A stretch of 64,000 nucleotides of DNA from Camelus ferus. Its lineage: Eukaryota. The notes under the pieces were generated by a model, which did no database searches, was not told the DNA's origin, and saw nothing but the letters and a program-made list of their open reading frames with translations. Below, one piece after another: positions 39,801 to 54,600 of this stretch. Every line of letters starts with the position of its first letter. The stretch's first letter is position 1. The stretch covers positions 120,220,001-120,284,000 of the forward strand of contig NC_045697.1 of assembly GCF_009834535.1 (NCBI RefSeq). The letters are read 5' to 3'. A program made the position numbers and the translations under genes.

Positions 39801-42800
39801 CAGGATTTTCCCTGTTTGGGAGATGGCCGCTATTTACCTCCACAGTGCATCTCGGGTCACTCGCTGCTACATGTCTTTCCAGCGCAAGCGCAGCATTCCC
39901 TTGCAGGCCGGCCTGGGAAAACAATCAGGGATAATAAGTCAGTGGTTCTATTGAAACCCAGGTGCTGCAGAACATTGTATGATACTCCCCACACTCAGGA
40001 AAAAAGAACACTTCTTTGTGTGTCTCATGCAGTTTCGTAAAAAACTCCACACGTGTTTCAGGGGTTAAGGTGTTGCTAGTTAATGGGAGTTCGGGTAATT
40101 CCCTCCAATGCCCATGGGGAGGCACTCGCTCCTGCTTGGCTTTCCAGCCCAAACCCCAGCTTTCCCTCTCAGCCCGGCCTGGGGAAACACTCAGGGATAA
40201 TATGCTATTGGTTGAATTGGATCCCAGTCGCTACCTACCGTTGTAGGCAACTTCTGACATCTGGGATAAAAGAAGAAATCTTTGTGTGTCTGATGGAGAT
40301 CGGTAAACAAACTCCACGCATGTTTCAGGGGGCACAGGTGTTCCAAGGTTGTGGGACGTCGGAAAATTACCTCAAATTCTCATGGGGAGTATCTCACTGC
40401 TGCTACGAAATACAGCCAAACTCACAGCTTTACCTCGCAGCTAGGAGTGTGAAAGCACTCACGGAAAAAAAATACTGGTGCTATTAGAGCCCAGGCGTTG
40501 CTGATATTTGTAGAATCCTCCCCACACTCAGGATAGCAGAACACACCTTTGTGTGTGTGATGGTGTAGAAAAATATGCTCCAGGTATATTCTTGGGATAC
40601 AGCTGTTCCCAGGTTTGGAGATGTCTCCTAATTAACTCCACTGCCAATGGGGAGGCAATCTATACTTCTTCGCTTTGCAGACCATCTCCCAAATTCCCCT
40701 TACAGCCCGGCCTTAGAAAACACCTAGTAATGACAATATTAGTGATTCTATGAGAAACACATCGATGCTGCCAGTTGGAGGTACAACACAAACTCAAAAT
40801 TCTGGAACATGGCTTTGCTTGGTGGAGGTGTGGAGACCAACACCACAAGATTACTGGGGGCACATTTCTCTCTCTCTGGGTGAAGTCTGCTAATTACCTC
40901 TACAGTCAATCTCTGGGCACTCGTTGCTACTTGGCTTTCAAGCCGAACCCCAAGCTTTCCCTTGCAGCCCGCAATGGAAAACACTCAGTAATTATAAGTT
41001 AATGGTTCTATTGGAACTCAAGCACTGCAGACAGTTGTAGGAACCTCCGCACACGCAGAATAACAGGAAAATTTTTTTATGTCTCATTGAGATGGTAAAA
41101 TCTCCACGCATGTTTCAGGGTGTACTGGTGTTCCTAGGTTGTGGGAGGTAAGATATATCCCACTACACCCCATGGTGATGTAGTGGCACCTGCTTGGCTT
41201 TCCAGCCCGTCCCCCAATTTCCTTTGCAACCCAGCCTGAGAAAACTATCAGAAAATGTAGCTAAATTTTCTATCAGAGCCCTGGTGCTGCAGTCTGTTGT
41301 AGGAACTTCAACACACACAGGATTCCCAAACACGGCTTTGCTTGGAAGGATTTTGAAGCCCCAATCCACAAACATGGCTGGGGGCACAAGTTTTTCCCTG
41401 TTAGGGAGAAGTCCGCTAATTAGCTCTACATTCCTTCTAGGGAACCCGCTGCTACTTGGAATTCCAGACCAAACCCCATGTTTCCCTTGCAGCCCGGCCT
41501 GGGTTAACACAGAGGGAAAAGAAGCTATTGGTGCTATTTGAACCCATGCCCTGCTGAGAATTGGGGAAACCTTCGAAAACTCAGGATAACAGAACATAAC
41601 ATTCTGTGTGTGACGGAGTAGGAAAACACACTCCAGGCATGTTTCGGGGGTACACCTTTTCCCAGGATGGGAGATGTTGCCTAATTACCTGCGCTTCCAT
41701 TGGGGATGCACTCTATACTTCTTCGCTTTCCAGACCAACTCCTAGCTTTCCTTTGAAGCCCGGCCTAAGGAAACACCTAGGGATGACAATATTAGCGATT
41801 CTATCAGAACACAGTCTCTGCTGACTGTTGGAGGTACAAAACACACTCAAAATTCCGGAACATGGCTTTGCTTGGAGGAGGTTTTGAGACCAACACCACA
41901 AGATGCCTGGGTGCACAGTTACTCACTGTTTGGGAGAATTCCGCTAATTACCTCTACAGTCAATCTCTGGGCAATCCGGGCTACTTGTCTTTCCGGCCGA
42001 ACCCCCAGTTTCCCTCGCAGCCCGCCCTGGAAAACACTCAGGGATTATAAGCTAGTGGTTCTATTGGAACCCAGGCACTGCAGACCGTTGTAGGAAGATC
42101 CGCACACGCAGGATATCAGAACATTTTTTTTGTGCCTGAATGAGATTCTAAAAATTCCACGCATGTTTCAGGGGGTACAGGTTTTCCTAGGTTGGGGGTG
42201 GTCAGATTATTCCCATTAATGCCCATGGGGATGTAATCGCTCCTGATTGGATTTCCATCACATCCCCCAGTTTCCCTTGCAACCCAGTCAGAGAAAACAG
42301 TCAGGAAATTTAGCTAAATTTTCTATTATAACCAAGGCGCTGCTGAACGTTGTAGAAACTTCTCCATACCCAGTTTAACAGAACACTTCTTTGTGTGTGT
42401 GATTTAGTAGGAAAACAGAGTCCATGCATGTTTCTGGGGTGCAGGTGTAACCAGGCTGTGAGACGTTGGCTAATTATCTCCCAAAGCCCATGGTGAGGCA
42501 CTCTGTTTTCTTCATTTTCCAGCCCTACTCCCAGCTTTCCCTTGCAGCCCGGGTTGGAAAACACCCAGGGATGACAAACTAAGTGATTCTATCAGAACCC
42601 TGGCGCTGCTGTCTGTTGGAGGAACCTCCACACACACAGGATTAACAAACACTTTTTGCTTGGGTGAATTGTGAAGCCCCACTCCACACACATGTCTGAG
42701 GGCACAAGTTTTTCCCTGTTAGGTAGAAGTCCGCTAATTACCTCTACAGACCATCATGGGGCACTCGATGCTACTTCGATTTCCATCCCAAACCCCAGGA

Positions 42801-42960
42801 TTCCCTTGCAGCCCGGCCTGGGGAAACACACAGGGAAAATTATCTACTGGTGCTATTAGAACCCATGCGCTGCTGAAAGTTGTGGAAAACTTCGAACACT
42901 CATGATAACAGAGCACATCTTTCTGTGTGTGATGGAGTAGTAAAACACACTCCAGGCATT
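29985..42960 (+). repeat. 49-monomer super-unit (~12,976 bp), first copy of a large tandem duplication; contains two intact 11-mers (~32147-35064 and ~35064-37978)
   Basis: The diagnostic tagattacatcactgccc plus the shortened gacttcttcattttc occur at ~30025 and ~43001 (offset 12,976 = 49 x 265). Counting monomers by type also gives 49. Confidence 0.8.
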
Positions 42961-45900
42961 TTTCTGGGATCCAGTTTTTCCCAGGTTGGGAGATGTCGGC
43001 TAGATTACATCACTGCCCTTGGGGATGCATTGACTTCTTCATTTTCAATCCCAACTTCCAAATTTCCCTTGCAACTCGGTCGTGGATTATAACCAGGGAT
43101 GACAGTCTAAGTGATTTTATCAGAGCTACGATGCTGCTGTCTATTCTAGGAACTTCCAGAAACTTAGGATTCTGGATCACGGCTATGATTGGGGGTAGCT
43201 TAGGAGACCCACACCACAGAGATGGCTGGGGGCACAGGTTTTTCCCTGTTAGGGAGATGTCCGCTAATTACTTCCACAGTGCATCTCGGGTCACTCGCTG
43301 CTACATGGCTTTCCAGCGCAAGCGCAGCATTCCCTCGCAGTCCGGCCTGGGAAAACAAACAGGGATAATAAGCCAGTGGTTCTATTGGAACCCAGGTGCT
43401 TCAGAACATTGTAGGATACTCCCCACACACAGGAAAACAGAACACCTCTTTGTGTGTCTCATGCAGTTTGGTAAACAAACTCCACGCGTGTTTCAGGGGG
43501 TAAAGGTTTTCCTAGTTCGTGGGAGTATGGGTAATTTCCTAAAATGCCCATGAGGAGACACTCGCTCCTGCTTGTCTTTCCAGCCCAACCACCAGATTTC
43601 CCTCTCAGCCCGGCCTGGGAAAACACTCAGTGTTAATATGCTATTGGTTGTATTGGAACCCAGTCACTACCTACCGTTGTAGGCTCCTTCCCACACCTGG
43701 GATAACAGAAGAAATCTTTCTGTGTCTGATGGAGATGGGTAAACTAAATCCACGCATGTTTCAGGGGGAACAGTTTTTCCAAGGTTGTACACGTCGGGAA
43801 ATTACCTCAAATTCTCATTGGGAATAACTCGCTGCTGCTACGAATTACAACCAAGCCCACAGAATTACCTCGCAGCTAGGCATGTGAAAATAACTCATGG
43901 AAAGAAAGACTGGTGCTATTAGAACCCAGGTGCTGCTGATATTTGTAGAATCCTCCCCACACTCAGGATAGCAGAACACATCTTTGTGTGTGTCATGGTG
44001 TAGATAAATACACTCCAGGCATATTTCTGGGGGTACAGCTGTTCCCAGGTTTCGAGATGTCGCCTAATTACCTCCAATTCCAATGGGGAGGCACTCTATA
44101 CTTCTTCACTTTCCAGACTAACTCCCAGCTTTCCTTTGAAGCACGGCCTTAGAAAACAACTAGGGATGACAATATTAGTGATTCTATCAGAACCCCCGCT
44201 CTGCTCCCTGTTGGAGGTAAAACACACACTCAAAATTCCGGAAAATGGCTTTGCTTGGTGGAGGTGTGGATACCAACACCACAGGATGCCTGGGGGCACA
44301 GTTTCTGTCTGTCTGGGAGAAGCCCACTAATTACCTCTACAGTCAATTTCTGGGCAATCCTGGCTAATTGGCTCTCCAGCCGAACCCCCAGTCTCGCTCT
44401 CAGCCCGCCCTGGATAACACTCAGTGATTATAATCTAGTGGTTCTATTGGAAACCAGCCACTGCTGACCGTTGTAGGAAGCTCCGCACACGCAGGATAAC
44501 AGAACACTTTTTTTGGGTCAGATTGAGATGGTAAAAACTCAACGCATGTTTCAGGGTGTACAGGTTTTCCTAGGTTGTGGGAGGTCAGAATATTCCCATT
44601 AATGCCCATGGGAAGTAATCATTCCTACTTGGATTTCCATTCCTTCCCCCAGTTTCCCTTGCAACCCAGTCAGAGAAAACAGTCAGGAAATTTAGCTAAA
44701 GTTTCTATTAGAACCCAGGCGCTGCTGACAGTTTTAAAAACCTCCCCATACACAGGGTAACAGAACACTTCTTTGTGTGAGATGGAGTAGGAATACACAG
44801 TACATGCATGTATCAGTGGTGCAGGTGTAACCAGTTTGGGAGACGTTTACTAAATATATCCACAGCCCATGGGGATGCACTCTGTTTTCTTCGATTTCCA
44901 GCCCTACTCCCAGCTTTCCCTTGCAGCCCGGTTTAGGAAAACTCTCAGGGATAACAAACTAACTCATTCTATCAGAACCAGTGCGCTGCTGTATGTGTGG
45001 AGGAACCTCCAAACACTCAGGATTCCGGAACTCGGATTTGCTTGGTGCGAATTGTGAAGCCTCAAAGCACACTCAATCCTGGGGCCCAAGATTTTCCCTT
45101 TTAGGGCCAAGTCCGCTAATAACTTCCATAGTCCATCTCGGGGCACTCGCTGCTACTTGGATTCCCAGCCCAACCAACATGTTTCCCTTGTAGCCCGGCC
45201 TGGGGTAACACAGAGTGAAAAGAAGCTATTGGTGCTATTGGAACTCATGCCCTGCTGAAAATTGTGGAAACCTTCGAACACTCTGGATAACAGAACATAT
45301 CTTTCTGTGTGTGATGGAGTAGGAAAACACACTCCAGGCATTTTTCTGGCAATCCAGGTTTTTCCAGTTTGGGAGATGTCTGCTACATTCCTTCAGTGCC
45401 CAAGGGGTGGCACTGTCTTCTTCTTCGTTTTCAAGACCAACTACCAGCTTTCCCTTGCAACCCGGACAAGGGAAACACCCATGGAAGACAAATAAGTGAT
45501 TCTATCAGAACCCCGGCGTTGCTGTCTTTTAGAGGATCCTCCAAAGCTTCAGGATTCTGGAACACGTCTTTGAGTGTGGGGAGTTGTGGAACACCAATCC
45601 ACGCAGATGGATGGGGTCACAGATTTGTCCCTGTTAGGGAGAAGTCCGCTAATTACGTCCACAGTGAATCTTGGGGAACTCGCTTCTTCTTAAATTTTCA
45701 TTCTTTCCCCCAGTTTTCACTCGCAACCCGGCCTTGTAAAACACTCAGTGATAATAAGCTAGGTTTCTATTGGAACCCAGGTGCTATAGACAATTGTAGG
45801 AACCTCCCCACACTCAGAATAACAGAACAATATTTTGAGTGTCTGATTTAGATGGGTAAACTAAATCCTCGCATGTTTCAGTTTGTATAGGTGTTCCTTG

Positions 45901-48900
45901 GTTGTGGGAGTTCGGATATTTACATCCACTGTCCATGGGGAGTCCCTTGCCGTTGCTTGGATTCCAGCCCAACCCCCAGCATTCCCTCGCATCCCGGCCT
46001 GTGAAACACTCAGGGAAAATAAGCTACAGTTCCTATTAAAACTAAGGCACTCCTGACAGTCGTAGAAACCTCCCTACACTAAGGAAAGCAGAACACATCT
46101 TTGTGTGTGTGATGGTGTAGGAAAACACAGTAAGTCATGTTTCTGGGGTGCAGGTGTTCGCAGGATGGGAAATGTTGGCTACTTAACTCCACTGCCCATG
46201 GGGAAGCAGTCTCTTCTTCTTCGATATCCAGCACTAATCCTAGCATTCCCTTGCAGCCAGACCGTGGAAAACACCCAGGGATGACAAACTAAATCATTCT
46301 ATCAGAACCAGGGCGCTGCTGTATGTTGGAGGAACCCCCAAACACTCAGGATTCCGGAACACTGATTTGCTTGGTGCGAATTGTGAAGCCCCAAAGCACA
46401 CTCATTGCTGGGGCCCAAGATTTTCCCTTTTAGGGCCAAGTCCGCTAATTACCTCAATAATCCTTCTCGGGGCACTCTCTGCTACTTTGATTTCCAGCCC
46501 AAACCCAAGCTTTCCCTCACAGTCCGGCCTCGGAAAACACACAGGGAAAATATGTTATTGATTGTAATGGAACCCAGGCTCTACCTACCGTTGTAGGAAA
46601 CTTCCCATAACTAGGATAAAAGAAGAAACATTTGTGTGTCTGTTGGGGATGGGTAAACAAACTCCAAGCATGTATCAGGGTGCTTAGGTGTTCTAAGGCT
46701 GTGGGACGTCGTAAAATTACCTCAAATTCTCATGGGGAGTAACTCGCTAGTGCTACGAATTACAGCCAAACCCACAGCTTTACCTCGCAGCCAGGCCTGT
46801 GAAAACACTCACGGAAAACAAAATACTAGTGTTACTAGAACCCAGGCGCTGCTGAAACGTGTAAAATCCTTCCCACACTAAGGAGAGCAGAACAAATATT
46901 TGTTTGTTTAATGGTGTAGGAAAATACACTCCAGGCATTTTTCAGGGGTACAGCTGTTCCCAGGTTTGGAGATATCGCCTACTTACCTCCACTTCCAATG
47001 TGGAGGCACTTGATAATTCTTCGCTTTCCAGACCAACTCCCAGCTTTCCTTTGAAGCCCGGCCTAAGGAAACACCTAGGGATGGCAATATTATTGATTCT
47101 ATGAGATCACCCGCTCTGCTGTCTGTTGGAGGTACAACACACACTCAAAATTCCGGAACATGGCTTTGCTTGGTGGAGGTATGGAGACAAACACCACAAG
47201 ATGCCTGGGGGCACAGTTACTCTCTGTTTGGGAGAATTCCGCTATTTACTTCTACAGTCAATCTCTGGGCAAACCTTGCTACTTGGATTTCCAGCCGAAC
47301 CCACAGTTTCCCTCGCAGCCCGCCCTGGAAAACACTCAGAGATTATAAGCTAGTGGTTCTATTGGAACCCAGGCACTGCAGAACGTTGTAGGAAGCTACG
47401 CACATGCAGGATAACAGAACAATTTTTTTGTGTCTGATTGAGATTCTAAAAACTCCACGCATGTTTCAGGGGGTACAGGTTTTCCTAGGTTGGGGGAGGT
47501 CAGATTATTCCCATTAATGCCCATTTAGAGGTAATCTCTCCTGCTTGGGTTTCCATCCCATCCCCCAGTTCCCCTTGCAACCCAGTCAGAGAAAACAGTC
47601 AGGAAATTTAGCTAAAGTTTCTATTAGAACCCAGAAACTGCTGACAGTTGTAGAAACTTCCCCATACACAGGGTAATAGAACACTTCTTTGTGTGTGTGA
47701 TTGAGTAGGAAAACACACTACATGCATGTTTCTGGGGTGCAGTTGTAACCAGGATGTGAGACGTTGGCTAAGAATCTCCACAGCCCATGGGGAGGCACTC
47801 TGATTTCTTCGTTTTCCAGCCCTACTCCCAGCTTTCCCTTGCAGCCCGGGTTAGGAAAACACCCAGGGATGACAATCTAAGTGATTCAATCAGAACCCCG
47901 GCCCTGCTGTCTGTTGGAGGAACTTCCACACACACAGGATTCCCAAACACGGCTTTGCTTGGAATAATTTGAGCCCCAATACACACACATTGCTGGGGCT
48001 CAAGTTTTTCCCTGTTAGGAGGAACTCCTCTAATTAGCTCCAAATTCCGTCTCGGGCACCCGATGCTACTTGGAATTCCAGCCAAAAACACATGTTTCCC
48101 ATGTAGCCCGGCCTGGGGTAACACAGAGGGAAAAGAAGCTATTGGTGCTATTCGAACCCATGCCCTGCTGACAGTTGTGGAATCCTTCGAACACTCAGGA
48201 TAACAGAACATATCTTTCTGTGTGTGATGGAGTAGGAAAACACACTCCAGGCATTTTTATGGGGATCCATGTTTTCCCAGGTTGGTAGATGTCGGCTAGA
48301 TTCCTTCACTGCCCATGGGGTGGCACTGTCTTCTTCTTCATTTTCAAGCCCAACTCCCAGCTTTCCCTTGCAGCCCGGACAAGTGAAACACCCATGGATT
48401 GCAAATAAGTGATTCTATCATAACCACGGCGTTGCTGTCTGATGGAGGAACCTCCAAACCTTCAGGTTTCTGGAACACGTCTTTGAGTGTGGGGAGTTGT
48501 GGTACCCCAATCCACGCAGATGGATGGGGTCACAGATTTGTCCCTGTTAGGGAGATGTCTGCTAATTACCTCCACAGTGCAACTTGGGGCACTCGCTGCT
48601 TCTTAGATTTTCAGTCTATCCCCCAGTTTTCACTCACAGCCCGGGCTTTTAAAGCACTCACTGATAATAAGCTATGTTTCTATTGGAACCCAGGTGCTGC
48701 AGACAATTGTAGGTACCTCCACACACTCAGAATAACAGAACAATACATTGAGTGTCTGATTTAGATGGGTAAACTAAATCCACGTATGTTTCATTTTGTA
48801 TAGGCATTCCTACGTTGTGGAAGTTCGGATAATTACATCCACTGTCCATGGGGAGTCCCTTGCAGTTGCTTGGATTCCAGCCAATCCCCTAGCATTCCCT

Positions 48901-51900
48901 CGCATCCTGGCATTTCAGAACACTCAGGGAAAAAAGCTACAGTTTCTATAAGAACTAAGGTGCTCCTGACAGTTGTAGAAACCTCCCTACACTAAGGAAA
49001 ACAAAGCACAGCTTTGTGTGTGTGATGGAGTAGGAAAATTCAGTAAGGCATGTCTCTGGGGTTCAGGTGTTCCCAGGTTGTGAAATGTTGGCTAATTACC
49101 TCCACTGCCCATGGGGAAATACTCTCTTCTTCTTAGATATCCAGCCCTAATCCTAGCATTCCCTTGAATCCCGACCATGGAAAACACCCAGGGATGACAA
49201 ACTAAATCATTCTATCAGAACCAGGGTGCTGCTGTATGTTGGAGGAACTTCCTAACACTCAGGATTCCAGAACACGGATTTGCTTGGTGCGAATTGTGAA
49301 GCCCCACAGCACACTCATTGCTGGGGCCCAAGATTTTCCCTTTTAGGTCTAAGTCCGCTAATTACCTCCATAGTCCATCTCGGGGCATTCGCTTTTACTT
49401 GGATTTAAAGCCCAAACCCAAGCTTTCCCACGCAGACCGGCCTGGGAAAGCACACAGGGAAAATATGTTATTGGTTGTAATGGAACAGTCTCTACTTAAT
49501 TTTGTAGGAAACTTCCCACAACTAGGATAAAAGAAGAAACATTTGTGTGTCTGATGGTGATGGGTTAACACACTCCAAGCATGTATCAGTGTGCTTAGGG
49601 TTTCCAAGCTGGTGGGACGTCGGAAAATTACCTCAAATTCTCATGGGGTGTAACTCGCTGCTGCTGCGAATTACAGCCAAGCCCACAGCTTTACCGGGCA
49701 GCCAGGCCTGTGAAAAAACTCATGTAAAACAAAATACTGGTGCTACTAGAACCCAGGCGCTGCTGAAAATTGTAGAATATTCCGCACACTCAGGATAGCA
49801 GAACAAATTTTTGTGTGTGTGATGGTGTAGGAAAATAAACTCCAGGCTTATTTCTGGTGTTACAGCTCTTCCCAGGTTTGGAGATGTCGCCTAAATACCT
49901 CCACTTCCAATGGGGAGGCACTCTATACTTCTTCGCTTTCCAGACCAACTCCCTGTTTTCCTTTGAAGCCCGGTCTAAGGAAACACCTAGGGATGACAAT
50001 ATTATTGATTTTATGAGAAATCCCGCTCTGCTGCCTTTTGGAGGTACAACACACACTCAAAATTCCGGAACATGGCTTTGCTTGGAGGAGGTATGGAGAC
50101 CAACACCACAAAATGCCTGGGGGCACAGTTAGTCACTGTTTGGGAGAATTCCGCTAATTACCTCTACAGTCAAATTCTGAGCAATCCTGGCTAATTGGCT
50201 TTCCAGCCGAACCACCAGATTCCCTCGCAGCCCGCCCTGGAAAACACTCAGAGATTATAAGCTAGTGGTTCTATTGGAACCCAGGCACTGCAGACCTTTG
50301 TAGGAAAATCCGCACACGCAGGATAACAGAACATTTTTTTTGTGTCTCATTGAGATTCTAAAAACTCCACGCATGTTTCAGGGGGTACAGGTTTTCCTAG
50401 GTTGGGGGTGGTCAGATTATTCCCTTTAATGCCCTTGGGGATGTAATCGCTCCTGCTTGGATTTCCATTCCATCCCCCAGATTCCCTTGCAACCTTGTCA
50501 GAGAAAACAGTCAGGAAATTTTGCTAAAATTTCTATTAGAACCCAGGCGCTGCTGAACGTTTTAGAAACTTCTCCATACACAGTTTAACAGAACACTACA
50601 TTGTGTGTGTGATTGAGTAGGAAAACAGAGTCCATGCATGTTTCTGGGGTGCAGGTGAAAACAGGCTGTGAGACTTTGGCTAAGTATCTCCACAGCCCAT
50701 GGGAGGCACTCTGTTTTTCTTCGTTTTCCAGCCCTACTCCCAGATTTCCCTTGCAGCCCATGTTGGAAAAAACCCAGGGATGGCAAACTAAATGAATCTA
50801 TCCGAAACCAGGCGCTGCTGTCTGTTGGAGGAACCTCCACACACACAGGATTAAGAAACACGCTTTGCTTATGAGAATTGTGAAGCCCCACTCCACACAC
50901 ATAGCTGAGGGCACAAGTTTTTTCCTGTTAGGTAGAAGTCCGCTAATTACCACTATAGACCATCATGGGGCAATCGCTGCTACTTCGATTTTCATCCCAA
51001 ACCCCAGGATACCCTTGCAGCCCGGCCTGGGTAAACACACAGTGAAAAGTATCTACTGGTGCTATTAGAACACATGCGCTGCTGAAAATTGTGGAAAACT
51101 TCGAACACTCATGATAACACAGCACATCTTTCTGTGTGTGATGAAGTAGTAAAACCCACTCCAGGCATTTTTTTGGGGATCCAGTTTTTCCCAGGTTGGT
51201 AGTTGTCAGCTAGATTCCTGCAATGCCTATGTTGATTCATTGACTTCTTCTTCGTTTTCAAGCCCAACTCCCAACTTTCCCTTGCATCCCGGACTAGGAT
51301 TATACCCAGGGATGACAGTCTAAGTGATTTTATCAGATCTAAGATGCTGCTGTATTATTTAGGAACTTCCAGAACCTTAGGATTCTGGATCACGTCTATG
51401 CTTGGGTTTAGCTTTGGAGACCCACACCACAGAGATGGCTGGGGGCACAGGATTTTCCCTGTTCGGGAGATGTCCGCTAATTACCTCCAGAGTGCATCTC
51501 GGGTCACTCGCTGCTACATGTCTTTCCAGCGCAAGCGCAGCATTCCCTCGCAGGCCGGCCTGGGAAAACAATCAGGGATAATAAGCCAGTGGTTCTATTG
51601 AAACCCAGGTGCTGCAGAACATTGTATGATACTCCCCACACTCAGGAAAAAAGAACACTTCTTTGTGTGTCTCATGCAGTTTCGTAAAAAAACTCCACGC
51701 GTGTTTCAGGGGTTAAGGTGTTGCTAGTTAATGGGAGTTCGGGTAATTCCTTCCAATGCCCATGGGGTGGCACTCTCTCCTGCTTGGCTTTCCAGCCCAA
51801 CCCCAAGCTTTCCCTCTCAGCCCGGCCTGGGGAAACACTCAGGGATAATATGCTATTGGTTGAATTGGATCCCAGTCGCTACCTACAGTTTTAGGCAACT

Positions 51901-54600
51901 TCCGACATCTGGGATAAAAGAAGAAATCTTTGTGTGTCTGATGGAGATCGGTAAACAAACTCCACGCATGTTTCAGGGGGCACAGGTGTTCCAAGGTTGT
52001 GGGACGTCGGAAAATTGCCTCAAATTCTCATGGGGAGTATCTCACTGCTGCTACGAAATACAGCCAAACCCACAGCTTTACCTCGCAGCTAGGCGTGTGA
52101 AAACACTCACGGAAAAGAAAATACTGGTGCTATTAGAGCCCAGGCGTTGCTGATATTTGTAGAATCCTCCCCACACTCAGGATAGCAGAACACACCTTTG
52201 TGTGTGTGATGGTGTAGAAAAATATGCTCCAGGTATATTCTGGGGGTACAGCTGTTCCCAGGTTTGGAGATGTCTCCTAATTAACTCCACTGCCAATGGG
52301 GAGGCAATCTATACTTCTTCGCTTTGCAGACCATCTCCCAAATTCCCCTTACAGCCCGGCCTTAGAAAACACCTAGTGATGACAATATTCGTGATTCTAT
52401 GAGAAACACATCGATGCTGCCTGTTGGAGGTAAAACACAAACTCAAAATTCTGGAACATGGCTTTGCTTGGTGGAGGTGTGGAGACCAACACCACAAGAT
52501 TACTGGGGGCATATTTCTCTCTCTCTGGGTGAAGTCTGCTAATTACCTCTACAGTCAATCACTGGGCACTCGTTGCTACTTGGCTTTCAAGCCGAACCCC
52601 AAGCTTTCCCTCGCAGCCCGCCATGGAAAACACTCAGAGATAATAAGTTAATGGTTCTATTGGAACTCAAGCACTGCAGACCGTTGTAGGAACCTCCGCA
52701 CACGCAGGATAACAGGAAAATTTTTTTATGTCTCTTTGAGATGGTAAAATCTCCACGCATGTTTCAGGGTGTACTGGTTTTCCTACGTTGTGGGAGGTAA
52801 GATATAACCCACTACACCCCATGGTGATGTAGTGGCACCTGCTTGGCTTTCCAGCCCATCCCCCAATTTCCTTTGCAACCCAGCCTGAGAAAACTATCAG
52901 AAAATGTAGCTAAATTTTCTATCAGAGCCCTGGTGCTGCAGTCTGTTGTAGGAACTTCAAAACACACAGGATTCCCAAACACGGCTTTGCTTGGAAGGGT
53001 TTTGAAGCCCCAATCCACAAACATGGCTGGGGGCACAAGTTTTTCCCTATTAGGGAGAAGTCCGCTAATTAGCTCTACAGTCCTTCTAGGGCACCCGCTG
53101 CTACTTGGAATTCCAGTCCAAACCCCATGTTTCCCTTGCAGCCCGGCCTGGGTTAACACAGAGGGAAAAGAAGCTATTGGTGCTATTTGAACCCATGACC
53201 TGCTGAGAATTGTGGAAACCTTCGAAAACTCAGGATAACAGAACATACCTTTCTGTGTATGACGGAGTAGGAAAACACACTCCAGGCATGTTTCGGGGGT
53301 ACAGCTTTTCCCAGGATGGGAGATGTCGCCTAGTTACCTGCGCTTCCATTGGGGATGCACCCTATACTTCTTCGCTTTCCAGACCAACTCCTAGCTTTCC
53401 TTTGAAGCCCGGCCTAAGGAAACACCTAGGGATGACAATATTAGCGATTCTATCAGAACACACTCTATGCTGACTGTTGGAGGTACAACACACACTCAAA
53501 ATTCCGGAACATGGCTTTGCTTGGAGGAGGTATTGAGACGAACACCACAAGATGCCTGGGTGCACAGTTACTCACTGTTTGGGAGAATTCCGCTAATTAC
53601 CTCTAAATTCAATCTCTAGGCAATCCGGGCTACTTGTCTTTCCGGCCAAACCCCCAGTTTCCCTCGCAGCCCGCCCTGGAAAACACTCAGGGATTATAAG
53701 CTAGTGGTTCTATTGGAACCCAGGCACTGCAGACTGTTGTAGGAAGATCCGCACACGCAGGATATCAGAAAATTTTTTTTGTGTCTCATTGAGATTCTAA
53801 AAACTCCACGCATGTTTCAGGTGGTACAGGTTTTCCTAGGTTGGGGGTGGTCAGATTATTCCCATTAATGCCCATGGGGATGTAATCATTCCTGCTTGGA
53901 TTTCCATCCCATCCCCCAGATTCCCTTGCAACCCACTCAGAGAAAACAGTCAGGAAATTTAGCTAAAATTTCTATTATATCCAAGGCGCTGCTGAACGTT
54001 ATAGAAACTTCTCCATACCCAGTTTAACAGAACACTTCTTTGTGTGTGTGATTGAGTAGGAAAACAGAGTCCATGCATGTTTCTGGGGTGCAGGTGTAAC
54101 CAGGCTGTGAGACGTTGGCTAAGTATCTCCCAAAGCCCATGGGGAGGCACTCTGTTTTCTTCATTTTCCAGCCCTACTCCCAGCTTTCCCTTGCAGCCCG
54201 GGTTGGAAAACACCCAGGGATGACAATCTAAGTGATTCTATCAGAACCCCGGCGCTGCTGTCTGTTGGAGGAACCTCCACACACACAGGATTAACAAACA
54301 CGTCTTTGCTTGGGTGAATTGTGAAGCCCCACTCCACACACATGTCTGAGGGCACAAGTTTTTCCCTGTTAGGTAGAAGTCCGCTAATTACCTCTACAGA
54401 CCATCATGGGGCACTCGATGCTACTTGGATTTCCATCCCAAACCACAGGATACCCTTGCAGCACGGCCTGGGGAAACACACAGGGAAAATTATCTACTGG
54501 TGTTATTAGAACACATGCGCTGCTGAAAATTGTGAAAAACTTCGAACACTCATGATAACAGAGCACATCTTTCTGTGTGTGATGGAGTAGTAAAACACAA
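42960..54600 (+). repeat. 44-monomer super-unit (~11,650 bp), second copy of the duplication, missing 5 monomers
   Basis: Paired ORFs at offset 11,649-11,651: 32445/44096, 36173/47822, 36750/48399, 41163/52812, 42671/54321. The offset is 12,976 before ~44035 and 11,651 after it. Confidence 0.88.
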
